A DNA stretch of 64,000 bases from Obrimoposthia wandeli (lineage: Eukaryota): positions 1 through 64,000 of the forward strand of contig CDROCS010006408.1 of NCBI GenBank assembly GCA_977020255.1, given 5' to 3'. Positions 1 through 11,127 of the stretch are shown piece by piece. Both the position numbers and the translations under genes were made by a program. Under the pieces are notes generated by a model. It saw only the letters and a program-made list of their open reading frames with translations. It had not been told where the DNA came from and did not search any database. Numbering within the stretch: the first letter of the stretch is position 1; each line of letters opens with the position of its first letter.

Positions 1-1124
1 TCCTACGTTAACTAAACTAGTGAGAATAGCGTTTTGGTATTGTGACTTCACGTTAGGATTGAGGGTTTCATCGGTAAAAATATGCTGTTGTAATTGCGCT
101 ATATTATCATGATAAACAGATCTTTACCGTCCCTCCATCACTCGCCACTCGGTTTCAGTAATTGAGCTACCAATAATCAATCGTCTCAAATCATCTAATA
201 ATATTCCTAATGTGGCAGGTGCAATATTTGAGCCGGCAGCGAAAAGTTCGCTCATTGTATCTAAAGAGAACGTCCCCGCTAATTTTTCAAAGATACGGCC
301 GAGGGCTAAGCTGTCAGTCAGTTTGTACATATAATGGTTAGGGATACCGGTGCCTTCCTCATTGAACACCGCTGCTCTGGAACCAATTTGATCATTGAAA
401 AAAGTATTAATCGTTACATTAATGCCACTTTCAGCAAAATAGTTACTTTGCTCGTTATTATTTGCGAAACGCCCCTTGCTTGTGCCCACTCCAAGCAAAC
501 TTTCAATTTCGCTAAATACGCCTTCGCTGCTCCCATTGAAGCCCGCACTGTTGTATGTATAGGTATGCTTAATATCCTGTCTCTCTCCTCCCCCAAATAG
601 ACGTGTAAAAGCGGTGGCTAAATGCCCTCCCAGACTGTGCCCATTAACTGAAATATCACCTACACTTGAAAGAACACCCGTACCTGCAACAGAAGGAGCC
701 AAAGCAAAAGTTTCAGATGCAAAATTAAAGCTCACTTGCCTTGCATCGCTTCCTATCACTGCGGTATTTGCAAGCCACCAATTGATCATGGACACAATTT
801 GTGCGCTGGCAGCACCTGATTTAGTTAAGTCTGCATCCGCAAGAAAATCAGCTAATCCTAAAGAGCCTTGAAATGAGAGATAGTGATTACCATCATTATC
901 TCGCCAAACTGTTGCGTCAAAACCTGAATCAGCTCTGTCCGATGTCTCAATATGGGTTACGACAGCGAAGTTATTGCTGATGTATTCGGCGAGGGCAGAG
1001 AAAGCCTGTCTTCCAGCTGTTTCTTTAAGTCGTCGCGAGTATCTTCATTATCAGTTAATTCGTCTAAAGCATATGTTGCGTCTGCTAATAAAGCATTAAT
1101 ATAAGCATTATTTATAGTCGTCAT
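1..1124 (-). pseudogene. Frameshifted lipase/alpha-beta-hydrolase N-terminal region of a probable T1SS (RTX-type) substrate; runs off the window start
   Basis: ATG at 1124 with AAGGA RBS gives MTTINNAYINALLADATYAL; after a frameshift near 995-1010 the reading ALAEYISNNFAVVTHIETSD..SGFDATVW joins ORF 124..795 (GHSLGGHLA nucleophile elbow). Past the TAA at 124-126 the same frame stays open to position 1. No RTX nonapeptides are visible in the window. Confidence 0.75.
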
Positions 1125-1139
1125 ATAATGTAAATCCTT

Positions 1140-1505
1140 TTATTTATATATAAATTTAACACTGTAGTTATTTCTAAGTTCTGCTTTGGGCTGAATTGGG
1201 CCACACGTTCCCCGATAGGTAATTGGGTATGATTTCACTCCCCCAATAAGTCGGCTAATCCAGCCTCCTCTGAAAATTATTTTTTTATAAGTGATCAATA
1301 TTTCTTTTGTTCTGATATCTTCCCAATCGAAAATAATAGTCTTGGTAAGTCTAGGGTCCATTTTATGGAGATCCTGCGAATCTTTACGTAAAGCCACTGT
1401 TTTCCCCCTCACTTTCTCAGGATAAAATATCAACAAATTCTCCGGTTTACACATTTCCCTGCTCTGATATTGACCCAGAAACTCATCCGCAAACGTTCCA
1501 AACAT
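1140..1505 (-). CDS. Hypothetical protein between hlyD and the lipase gene; N-terminus probably longer and hydrophobic
   Basis: 121 aa ORF; the upstream in-frame sequence reads YLVPEGRRVRWYFGLFVFF before the annotated Met. Confidence 0.5.
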   Translation of the reverse strand: MFGTFADEFLGQYQSREMCKPENLLIFYPEKVRGKTVALRKDSQDLHKMDPRLTKTIIFDWEDIRTKEILITYKKIIFRGGWISRLIGGVKSYPITYRGTCGPIQPKAELRNNYSVKFIYK

Positions 1506-1691
1506 AAAAAATACAAATAACCCAAAATACCATCGAACTCTTCGCCCTTCAGGAACTAAATATTAAACAATCAAATACGACAATCCGTGAATTATTAACA
1601 TCCATATTCCGATAAACATTAATACTATTAATGCAGACATTTGCTCATTCTGTTATTAATCCATTAAAATCCCGTTGTTGAACATCCATCA

Positions 1692-3194
1692 TCACCGCTC
1701 CTTCAACGCCTCCTGTTTCCCCTTCAACAACGGCGCCAAAAAGAATTCAATGATCCGTCGTTCACCTATTTGCACTTCTGCCGTTACCGACATCCCTGAA
1801 ATTAAATTCACCGTTTTACCATTCACCTGAATGGTATTGTTAGCCAACGCTAACTGCATTTTATAAATAAGCCCTTGTTTTTCATCCAAAGTCGCATCGG
1901 TCGATACATTACTAATAGTGGCATCAATCACACCGTATTTAGTGAAGGGGAAGGTATGTATTTTGATTTCAGCAGACATGCCATTATGTACAAAGCCGAT
2001 GTCTTTATTTTCTAAATATACTTCGGCTTCTATGGTTTGTTCAGTCGGGACGATTAACATCAGTTGTTGTGCTTCTGTCACGACGCCACCGATGGTATGC
2101 ACTGCTAGCTCTTGTACTCTACCGGCAACCGGTGCATAGATAATTTGTTTGGCACTGCTATCGCGAGTCTTAATCAGCTCCTCGGTTAAACCTGATAATT
2201 GGCGTTGTTGATCGGTTATTTCTGTCAAAATAGTACTGCTAGTTTGGGCGTTGTGCAGATTAATTTGTTGCTTAAGATCATCGACAACGGCTTGCAATTG
2301 CTTTAAACGCTGTTGCTCTGCGGCCAAATCTTGTTGGATCTGAATACGCTCTTGTGCCGCTTGTAAATACTCTGTTTCTGCGACCAATTTTTCTTTAAAT
2401 AGTTTTTTTAATACCCGGGTACGCTGATTGACAATCGGTAAGGTGAGGCTTAACTTTTTTACCACCGCTTGAGTCGCCATCTGCTCAGCACGGTTTTGTA
2501 GCAAGCCACTGTTTAGCGATTGTAGCTGCGCACGAAACTGTAACCATTGTTGTAAAAGTAACCTTTGGTGTAATTGAATATCAGCCTTAGCAGGTGCTAG
2601 CTCCCAGTTTTGTTGCGAAATGCTATTCATCAAATGTCGTTGAATATCTGTTGTTGTTAGTTGATGGGGTTGTGTGAATAGCGGTGCCTGTTGTGTAGTA
2701 GATGCGTTATCTTTCTTAGCTATTATTTTTTCCTGAAGCGGTTGATTTGATATCAAAGATAAAAATGCTTGATTAACGGCTAATCTAAGTTGGGTACTTT
2801 GCAACTCAGCGGCAAGCCTTTTAGTGTCGGCGGTATTCAGTGTCGAATCTAATGCGATCAGCGGTTGCCCTTTTTTAACTAAATCGCCTTCTACCACAAA
2901 TAACGTTTTGACTAATCCTTTCTCCAAAGGCTGTATTTGTTTTATACGCGCACTAGGGATAATTTTCCCCTCTGCCGAGGCCACTATATTAATATGCCCA
3001 AAATAGGCCCAAGCAACAGCGAGTACTATCAATAACAACAGTGCTTTAGTTAACCAACGCAACAAGGGATTGGGCGGTGCTTCTTGTATCTCTAATGCGG
3101 CCGGTAAAAAGGCGGCTAATTCTCTGCTACTATTTGCATCACCAAGCTTTTCACGGTTAACCCAAGCATCTTTAAAAACGGCAAATGCGCCCAT
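1692..3194 (-). CDS. hlyD: HlyD-family type I secretion membrane fusion protein
   Basis: EFLPAALEIQE-like N-terminus, single TM, long coiled coil, GVVTEAQQLMLIVP, FPFTKYGVIDA, GMSVTAEV..G.RRIIEFFLAPL. Confidence 0.92.
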   Translation of the reverse strand: MGAFAVFKDAWVNREKLGDANSSRELAAFLPAALEIQEAPPNPLLRWLTKALLLLIVLAVAWAYFGHINIVASAEGKIIPSARIKQIQPLEKGLVKTLFVVEGDLVKKGQPLIALDSTLNTADTKRLAAELQSTQLRLAVNQAFLSLISNQPLQEKIIAKKDNASTTQQAPLFTQPHQLTTTDIQRHLMNSISQQNWELAPAKADIQLHQRLLLQQWLQFRAQLQSLNSGLLQNRAEQMATQAVVKKLSLTLPIVNQRTRVLKKLFKEKLVAETEYLQAAQERIQIQQDLAAEQQRLKQLQAVVDDLKQQINLHNAQTSSTILTEITDQQRQLSGLTEELIKTRDSSAKQIIYAPVAGRVQELAVHTIGGVVTEAQQLMLIVPTEQTIEAEVYLENKDIGFVHNGMSAEIKIHTFPFTKYGVIDATISNVSTDATLDEKQGLIYKMQLALANNTIQVNGKTVNLISGMSVTAEVQIGERRIIEFFLAPLLKGKQEALKER

Positions 3195-5463
3195 TAGCCC
3201 TCTCCTTGTTCAGATTTTAGTTGCGCGTTTTGTGCCACATTTGTCGCGTTTAATTGCGCGGCGGCTTGTTTGGTAATCGCGACCGGTTTTAAGTTGGGTT
3301 GATGATTTTGGTAACTGTGCAATTTCGCGTAGTAGCCATTTTGCTCTAATAGCTGATCATGGTTTCCCTGTTCTACTATGTCGCCTTTTTCCATCACAAT
3401 AATACGGTCACAATGCCTAACGGCAGTGAGGCGATGAGCAATGATAAACACCGTTCTGCCATGGCTTATCTGTGTCATGTTATCTTGGATTAAGCGTTCG
3501 GATTCATAATCTAAGGCACTGGTCGCCTCATCGAATATTAAAATTCTAGGGTTGTTGATTAACGCTCTAGCGATGGCTAAACGCTGGCGCTGCCCGCCAG
3601 ATAAGTTACTGCCCTGCTCGCCTATCATGGTATCGTAACCTTCTGGCATTTCGACAATAAACTCATGGGCACCGGCCATTTTAGCGGCACTAATCACTGC
3701 CTCTATAGCAATAGCAGGATCAACTAACGCGATATTTTCGCGGATGGTACGGTTAAATAGAAAGTTTTCTTGTAAAACCACGCCTATTTGTCGACGCAAC
3801 CATACGGTATCTACCATAGACAAATCGACGCCATCAATTAATAAACGCCCTGATTCAGGTACATACAAACGTTGTAATAGCTTGGTAATGGTACTTTTAC
3901 CTGAGCCTGATTTACCGACAAGACCTATCACTTCCCCTGCATTAACTTGCAGTGACAAATTGTGTAGTACCACTGGGCTATCTGTTTTGTATCTGAATTT
4001 AATATGGTCAAAAGTAACAGCCCCTTCTAAGTTGGGTAATCTAGAACGGTTAGGGTTGAACCCCGGTTCACGTGGTGTATTAAGAATATCCCCTAAGCGC
4101 TCGATAGAAATACCCGCCTGTTGGAATTCTTGCCAAAGTTGTACCAGCTTTAATACCGGGCCACTGACGCGACCCGCTAACATATTAAAGGCCACTAGTT
4201 GCCCAACGGATAAATCACCCGCTATCACTAAATGCGCACCCATCCAGATAATGCCTAAGGTCATTAACTTATTGATCAAACCTGCTACTTGGTTCGCAAC
4301 ATTGTTTAAGTTTTGGCTTTTAAACGAGGCATGTACATAACTAGATAAATGCTCTTCTAACTTGCGGCTCATTTGTGGCTCAACCGCCATGGTTTTAACC
4401 GTGCTAATACCCGTCATTGATTCGGTTAAAAACGCGGTATTAGCTGCCCCGTGTTTAAATTTTTCGTTTAATCTATGGCGCAATATAGGCGTGATGAATA
4501 AGGAGAGCAGTACATAGGCAGGGATTGTCGCTAGCACTATCCACGTCAGTGTCGGGCTGTAAAACCACATCACCGCGATAAAGACAAATACAAAAAATAG
4601 ATCAATCACTAAAGTGAGTGCTGTACCGGTAATAAAATTGCGAATCGTATCTAGCTCACGTACTCTGGCAACGTTTTGACCTACTTGACGTGCTTCAAAG
4701 TAGGACATCGGCAGTGCCATTAAATGCTTGAATAAACGCGAGCCCAAAGCGACATCAACTCTGTTAGTCGTGTGACTGAATAAATAGTTGCGAAAACCAC
4801 CTAAAAAAGCTTCGAACACTACCACGATGAAAAAGCCGACTGCCAATACATCTAAAGTGGTAAAGCCGCGATGCACTAATACTTTATCCATCACGACTTG
4901 AAAATAGCGGTGTTACTAAAGCGAATAACTGGGATGTTAGTTGAGGCGATAATGACTTTGAAGAACAGCTTACGATATTTTATCAACGAGGGAATAAACC
5001 ACGTTATATCGAATTTTTGCTGCAGACTTTCTGATAGTCCCAAGCGCCTTGTAACTAAAATCAACTCACCCGAGCACATAGCTAAGAATGCATCTTCAGT
5101 CACCGTCTTAGGCGCTGTTTCTCTTAAGTCATGAATTAAAAACTTTAACTTGCTCTTGGTAGCTCGTTTAGATTTTATTGATGCACTCTCTACCGTTTCA
5201 TCGGTATCAGTAGATACACGCGCAACTATAAAATAACTGCCATCTCGATGTTTAGCGATAGCGGGGAAAACACCGTTTTTAAGGGCATTCAATTTAAGAG
5301 GAATACATTTAGCCTTTAAAGTCAGCGCTTTAGCAGCCTGTAATAGTTCTGTATCAGTAAAATCCTGCCCGCCTATTGCAAACTGATGTCTTAATTGTTC
5401 AGGCTCTGCGGGTAATTGATGAAATCTTGCAATAGCAACTAATGTTTGCAAACCTGTATCCAT
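3194..5463 (-). pseudogene. hlyB: HlyB-family T1SS ABC transporter (C39-like domain, TMD, NBD) split by frameshift(s) at ~4900-4940
   Basis: ORF 4891..5463 holds the C39-like N-terminus; ORF 3194..4894 has Walker [17 protein letters not shown] and Walker B ILIFDE. The junction [11 protein letters not shown](F)QVVMDKV can be rebuilt only by changing frame. Confidence 0.88.
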
Positions 5464-5777
5464 ACTAACTTTTCATTCCTTTGCATAAGTCTTAATAGTG
5501 ATAATTCAGGAGGCTGACATAATTAATTCTTAAAATAGCAATGATATAAAGATATTGTGAACATTCATTTCAAGAATCAAAAAATGACAAAATAGTTAAT
5601 GTCTTATTTGCAAGAAGCAAGAAAATCTATTAACAATTAGCACCTTAGCCTCATTAATCCGAACAGTATTTTATTACAATTCAACAATATACAAACCTGC
5701 TACTAGTTATAGGTTTTTCAGGTTTTTTACCCAAAAATCATACAAATCACACTTTTTTGTAAAAAAATGCTTACTAG

Positions 5778-6342
5778 AGAGCTCAGCATAACTCGATCAT
5801 AAATGCCTAAATTTTGATAAAATATGATATGCAAAATTCATTTACGACACAACCCGAGCTTTTCGTGGCGGCTTCAGATTTAGATAACTCTGCAGCTTAT
5901 AGTTCTAAAGAGACGAGAGACACATTAGAAGAACTGGGTATCGAAGATCAAGTTCAGCGAAAAGGTTATCGGAACAACCCGCTGAGTGAGCAGGATAAAC
6001 TTCGTAACGCCGAGATTGCAGTAACAAGAGCAGGTGGAGAACGTCCATTTGCAACGTATAAAACACACTATGGACTAACGCGCACTCGCTTTATGGGGCT
6101 TGCTAAAAATGAGACTTTTTTTGGATTAGCAGCAATGGCAGCAAACATAAGAAAAGGCGCTAGATTTTTAATGCTGTACGGTCTGCCAGAAATGGAAATC
6201 GCAGGATAGATACCTCTAATGTGAGGAATACTGGGAGTTCAAAGGCAGTATGGACGAACAATATCAACATTCTAGCGAGTTTAGACGATATTTTATTGAA
6301 AAACCGACACGAACCGAAAAGGTGGGCCTTATGCAGAGCTTT
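5778..6342 (+). mobile_element. Internally deleted IS5-family element (565 bp)
   Basis: 14 bp imperfect terminal IRs AGAGCTCAGCATAA / TTATGCAGAGCTTT, flanked by TTACTAG direct repeats (5771-5777, 6343-6349). ORF 5829-6209 fuses a short N-terminus to the transposase C-terminus (AYSSKETR..RAGGERPFATYK..RFMGLAKN). Confidence 0.8.
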
Positions 6343-6350
6343 TTACTAGT

Positions 6351-6409
6351 CATTGCTGTCCGGTTAAAAAGTGCAAGTTCTCTAACAAAAATTAAACAGG
6401 CCCCTAAAG
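6351..6409 (+). mobile_element. Degenerate, internally deleted copy of MITE family A
   Basis: Left end CATTGCTGTCCGGTTAAAAAGTG matches the other copies; decayed right end AAAAATTAAACAGGCCCCTAAAG. Confidence 0.6.
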
Positions 6410-6773
6410 ATTAATAGTGATAAATCAGCAATCCAAGATAAGAATTTCCTTTATGCTAGTAGCCAATATCAGCGCTAAAAAATATGCTTTTCAGTTGTTT
6501 CGAAGCCTCTACTATTTCCATGTTGTTGAAATTCCACACGCGCCAAGAACATGGCTACTTCTCTTAATGTTGCTTAAAGCCGTCAGCTATGGGAAATCTC
6601 TTAAAGTGAAAACCGCCTGATTCAATCACATATTTCCACTTCCAACTTAGGTAAATTCTGATCGAACAACCATGCAATGGAATGAATGGTGTATTGATGG
6701 TAAGATATTTACGTCTAGGGAGCGAGATGACTAACAACCGTTGAAAAATTCATGTTATATTAGTGGCTAAAAT

Positions 6774-8000
6774 TTAAAAATTTGAGGCTACACTTAAGCT
6801 ACCCTTGGAGCTTTCATCTATATGTGTAGACCACCAAGCCATATGCTCTGCCCTAGGTTTCAAATATTTTGAACGGTTATAAGCTTTACGAATAGTATTT
6901 TTGTCTACATGAGCAAGCGCAGCCTCAATTACATCTGGATTAAAATCCTGTTCGTTTAATGTGGTACTCGCCAGTGCTCTAAATCCGTGAGCAACTAATC
7001 TATCTTTATAACCAATACGGCGTAATACTTTATTCACCGTTTCTGTATTAATATTCTTTTTAGGATTAGTACGAGAAGGGAATAGATAGTCATTATGGGC
7101 TGATTTTAAAGTTTTTAAAATCTTAAGTAAATTTAGGGTTTCTTTCGTTAGCGGTATGATGTGCTCACGTTTCATTTTCATACGTTCGGCAAGAATAATC
7201 CATAAGCTATTTTCAAAATCAATTTCTGACCACACTGCTTTTGCGGCTTCATTTGATCGAGTCATTGTATGCAGTTGCCATTCAATTAAGGAGCGCGTCA
7301 CCATGTTGAGGTTAGCTTGATTTAATACACGTAATAATTCAGGTAATTCTTCTGGTGTGATAGTAGCCATGTGTTGCGAAATTGGCTTTTCAAACGCGGC
7401 CTTTATACCACTTAAATTATTTGTGGTAATTAATCCTGTATTGACTGCAAAAGTCATTATTTCATTAATTCGCTGAGCGAATCGTCTAACAGTTTCCAGA
7501 TTACCTGACTTCTCAACCTTTTTTAATGTAGCAATAACTAAAGGAGCGGTTAAGTGTGTAATAGGATGCTTCCCTAGAGAAGGAAAAACATGTAGATCCA
7601 ATGATCGCCATATATCTTTAGCGTAATTATTTGAAATGGATGGCTCTTTAATACCGAACCAACTTTGAGCAACTACTTGAAACGTATTGTTATGGATTTC
7701 TTGTTGCTTTAATTTTTCCTGATCTTTCACTACTTTAGGGTCAATGTCTTTAGCAAGAAGTTCGCGCGCGGCTTCTCGCTTTTCTCTTGCATTGGCGAGA
7801 GATACCTCTGGATAGTTAACTAAGCCAATATTTGTACGAACTTTAGTGAATAGCTTTGAATATTTTAAAACCCACGTTTTTGAACCGATCGGCTTTATTC
7901 TTAACTGTAATCCATTGCCATCACTAAGGGTGTATTCTTTGTCTAAAGCCTTGCACTGCTTGACTTGCGTGTTAGTTAAGGGAGCAATTTTTTTAGCCAT
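6774..8000 (-). CDS. P4-type tyrosine recombinase (genomic-island integrase)
   Basis: Arm-binding N-terminus (LSDGNGLQLRIKP.GSKTW), catalytic R (MTRSNE), HGFR, LAH and Y (AYNRSKY); lies next to the tRNA 3' end. Confidence 0.93.
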   Translation of the reverse strand: MAKKIAPLTNTQVKQCKALDKEYTLSDGNGLQLRIKPIGSKTWVLKYSKLFTKVRTNIGLVNYPEVSLANAREKREAARELLAKDIDPKVVKDQEKLKQQEIHNNTFQVVAQSWFGIKEPSISNNYAKDIWRSLDLHVFPSLGKHPITHLTAPLVIATLKKVEKSGNLETVRRFAQRINEIMTFAVNTGLITTNNLSGIKAAFEKPISQHMATITPEELPELLRVLNQANLNMVTRSLIEWQLHTMTRSNEAAKAVWSEIDFENSLWIILAERMKMKREHIIPLTKETLNLLKILKTLKSAHNDYLFPSRTNPKKNINTETVNKVLRRIGYKDRLVAHGFRALASTTLNEQDFNPDVIEAALAHVDKNTIRKAYNRSKYLKPRAEHMAWWSTHIDESSKGSLSVASNF

Positions 8001-8100
8001 GATGTACCACTGGGTTTTTTGAAATATTTAGTGGTGATGTACCACTGGGATTCAAATGGTACATTAAAAAAAGCTGTTGGTACAAAAAATGGTACAAAAA
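8001..8100. promoter_or_regulatory. Probable integrase arm-type binding repeats
   Basis: GATGTACCACTGGG twice (8001-8014, 8036-8049) and TGGTACA repeats (~8057-8096) between the integrase start and the tRNA. Confidence 0.5.
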
Positions 8101-8207
8101 TGTTGGGATGGTGTGAGATGCTATGGGATCAAAAGGGACACTAAACATACTTTACGATTGATTTTAAAGAAGTTTTTAGATGTAAAAGACTAGAATAGGT
8201 AAAAAAA

Positions 8208-8295
8208 TGGCGGTGAGGGAGGGATTCGAACCCTCGATAGGTTACCCTATACACACTTTCCAGGCGTGCTCCTTCGGCCACTCGGACACCTCACC
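8208..8295 (-). tRNA. tRNA-Ser (GGA anticodon), CCA encoded
   Basis: Reverse complement GGTGAGGTGTCCGAGTGGCCGAAGGAGCACGCCTGGAAAGTGTGT...GGGTTCGAATCCCTCCCTCACCGCCA; long variable arm. Confidence 0.96.
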
Positions 8296-8890
8296 GCAGT
8301 ATAGATATTATATTTAACGTCAATTCTATGTTTGACCTTGCAGTGATAGCTGTGTATCTCTGCCTTGTATTAAGCTCGATATTTAAAATAGCCGAGTGTC
8401 AATTCAAGAGCTGCGTATCCTACCAGATTTTTGATAAACAACAAGAAATTTTGATGATGAATACAAAATATTTCACTATTGGTACTTGTAGTACATTATC
8501 ACTAAACAAAGCCACTGAGAAAACACCGCCACTGATTGTTAATACATCATTTATATAGCCAGATATAAGCTATTCGATTAGCACTGTTGCTTCAATTATT
8601 AATCATTTTGATCACTATTTATACGTGATTTACGCTCTATGCTAGCTAGATAAACCGACGTGATAAATAAAACCTATCAGCAGTAGAAATTATTTTGAAT
8701 TAGACATATGCTCAAATATGACGACAATCATTAATTGATCATATTTTAAAAGCTTGTAGCTAAGCAAATTAGTAATTGATAAATCAGTAAATTCGCCCTG
8801 CTCTTTTAATAAATGCGTTTACTGGATGCCTAAATCATTTACATCATCGTTGCAGGCTTCATATTCATTCAACTGTAATAAAGGCCGTTT

Positions 8891-9679
8891 ATGGACACTA
8901 ATATTTCACCTTACGCATTGCGCCAACTTATTCGCAAAGGCGAGTTTAACAGTCATACCTCGGGCTTTTCACAAGGCTTCGTACAAGGCAATTTAGCGAT
9001 TATGCCAAAAGAATGGGCTAACGAATTCCTACAGTTTTGCCAATTAAATCCAAAACCTTGCCCTATTGTGGGTATGTCGACGAATCCTGGTGATTTCTTA
9101 TTGCCAGATTTAGGTCAAGATGTTGATATTCGTACGGACATTCCTCGCTACCGCATCTACGAAGATGGTGTGATGACCAAAGAAGTTAGCGATGTTAAAG
9201 ATGTTTGGCGTGATGATTTAGTCACTTTCTTGTTAGGCTGCTCATTCTCATTTGAAGAGTCATTACTTGCAGATGGCCTTGAAGTGCGTAATATCACTGA
9301 AAAAGTTAACGTACCTATGTATCGTACCAATCTTGAATGTAAGCCTGCGGGGCGTTTTTCAGGTACTACTGTGGTCAGCATGCGGCCTATGAAGCCTAAA
9401 GATGCAATTCGTGCCATCCAAATTTGTACGCGCTTCCCGTCAGTTCACGGCGCACCGTTACACTTTGGTAGCCCGCAAGATATTGGCATTAGCAATATTG
9501 ACCAACCTGACTTTGGCGATGCTGTTACTATTAAAGAAGGTGAAGTTCCGGTATTTTGGGCTTGTGGTGTTACTCCGCAAGTGGCAATTGAAAACGCTAA
9601 GCCACCTTTTTGTATTACACACAGCCCAGGCTATATGCTAGTAACAGATATACGTAACAGCTCACTCGCTATTTTATAA
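8891..9679 (+). CDS. DUF1445 / YcsI-family putative hydro-lyase (D-glutamate cyclase N-terminal-like)
   Basis: [78 protein letters not shown]. Confidence 0.88.
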   Translation: MDTNISPYALRQLIRKGEFNSHTSGFSQGFVQGNLAIMPKEWANEFLQFCQLNPKPCPIVGMSTNPGDFLLPDLGQDVDIRTDIPRYRIYEDGVMTKEVSDVKDVWRDDLVTFLLGCSFSFEESLLADGLEVRNITEKVNVPMYRTNLECKPAGRFSGTTVVSMRPMKPKDAIRAIQICTRFPSVHGAPLHFGSPQDIGISNIDQPDFGDAVTIKEGEVPVFWACGVTPQVAIENAKPPFCITHSPGYMLVTDIRNSSLAIL

Positions 9680-9695
9680 TTCTCGGAGATTTACA

Positions 9696-10445
9696 ATGAC
9701 ACAACCCGTAAAACTTAAATTAAATTGTGATCTAGGCGAGAGTTTTGGCTCTTGGACAATCGGCATGGACGAAGCTGTCATGCCTTATGTCGATCAAGCA
9801 AACATTGCCTGTGGCTTTCATGCAGGTGATCCGTTAGTGATGCGCAAAACATTAGCACTGGCTAAAGAGCATGATGTTTGCGTAGGTGCACATCCAGGCT
9901 ATCCTGATTTAGTAGGCTTTGGCCGCAGATCACTTAATGCCAGTGATGCTGAAATCCAAAGTTTCGTACAATACCAAATGGCTGCATTAGATGGCATGGC
10001 TGCAATTCAAGGGTTAACAATGCAATATGTTAAGCCCCACGGTGCGCTTTATAACGATATGATGTCAAAAGATCATGTTCGCAGCAGCATCATGCAAGCC
10101 GTCGCGAATTACCACCGACCTGTGGTATTAATGCTACAAGGCACACCTGATGCACTTTTACATCGTGCAGAGGCTGAAAAATTTGGCTTAGATATTTGGT
10201 TCGAAGCGTTCGCTGATAGATGCTACGAAGACGATGGCCGCTTAATGTCGCGCACTAAAGAGGGAGCAGTCCACTCGCGCGAGAAAATGCTAGCTCAGGT
10301 GCAGCAGCTTTGCGCAACGGGTACTGTTATTTCGGCATCAGGCAAGGAAATTCAATTACATGCAAATACCTTATGCGTGCACGGTGACAATATGGCGGGT
10401 GTGAATGCCATTTCTGAAATACGTCAATTGATTTTAGGAAACTAA
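9696..10445 (+). CDS. pxpA: 5-oxoprolinase subunit A (LamB/YcsF family)
   Basis: LNCDLGESFG, ANIACGFHAGDP, GAHPGYPDL.GFGRR, YVKPHGALYN, EAFADR.Y, TLCVHGD. Confidence 0.93.
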   Translation: MTQPVKLKLNCDLGESFGSWTIGMDEAVMPYVDQANIACGFHAGDPLVMRKTLALAKEHDVCVGAHPGYPDLVGFGRRSLNASDAEIQSFVQYQMAALDGMAAIQGLTMQYVKPHGALYNDMMSKDHVRSSIMQAVANYHRPVVLMLQGTPDALLHRAEAEKFGLDIWFEAFADRCYEDDGRLMSRTKEGAVHSREKMLAQVQQLCATGTVISASGKEIQLHANTLCVHGDNMAGVNAISEIRQLILGN

Positions 10446-10449
10446 GCTA

Positions 10450-11127
10450 ATGCATGTTGAAATAGCCGGTGAAAATTCGCTGATCATTTACTTTGCTGAT
10501 GAAACAAGTGCGCAAGTTTCAGCGCAAGTCCAACAGACCATGCTGCAATTAGAAAGCTTATTGCTAGGCCACGTAATTGACATGGTGCCATCTTACGCCT
10601 CGTTATTAGTTATCTATAATCAATTTAGTACTGACCAATATTTTGTGCGTGCATGCATCAAGCAAGCTTTACAAGAAATAGACCAAGGAGAAGAGCAACA
10701 AGGCAAAATTGTTGAACTTCCCGCTTACTACAGCACTGAATCAGGCCCTGATTTACAACAACTTGCCACTAACGCCAAGCTCAGTATCGATCAAGTAATC
10801 GAAATTCACACTTCGATGGAATACCGCGTTTACGCCATCGGCTTTGCACCTGGTTTCGCTTATTTAGGCGAAGTTGATCCACGCATAGCGGCACCGCGTT
10901 TAACCACACCTAGGCTAAAAGTACCTAGAGGCTCTGTCGCCATTGCCGATCGACAAACGGCTGTTTATCCCGCTGTATCCCCTGGTGGCTGGAACTTAAT
11001 TGGCTTATGCCCTACCCGCATGTTCAACCCACTAGCACAGCCTTCAATGCCTGTACAAGTGGGAGATAGAGTCAAATTTATTGCGATTGAACGCGCCCAA
11101 TATTTAGCACTGGGAGGAGAGCTATGA
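10450..11127 (+). CDS. pxpB: 5-oxoprolinase subunit B
   Basis: VPSYASLLV.Y, GPDL, YRVYAIGFAPGFAYLG, GSVAIADRQTAVYP..SPGGWNLIG. Confidence 0.92.
   Translation: MHVEIAGENSLIIYFADETSAQVSAQVQQTMLQLESLLLGHVIDMVPSYASLLVIYNQFSTDQYFVRACIKQALQEIDQGEEQQGKIVELPAYYSTESGPDLQQLATNAKLSIDQVIEIHTSMEYRVYAIGFAPGFAYLGEVDPRIAAPRLTTPRLKVPRGSVAIADRQTAVYPAVSPGGWNLIGLCPTRMFNPLAQPSMPVQVGDRVKFIAIERAQYLALGGEL

Noticed and set aside
6417-6773. ORF 6417..6620 and a minus-strand fragment (VAMFLARVEFQQHGNSRGFETT) faintly like YagK/YfjJ island proteins
   Set aside because: Multiple stops and similarity too weak to call by eye
8328-8558. 76 aa ORF upstream of the tRNA
   Set aside because: AT-rich intergenic sequence, no RBS or recognisable motif
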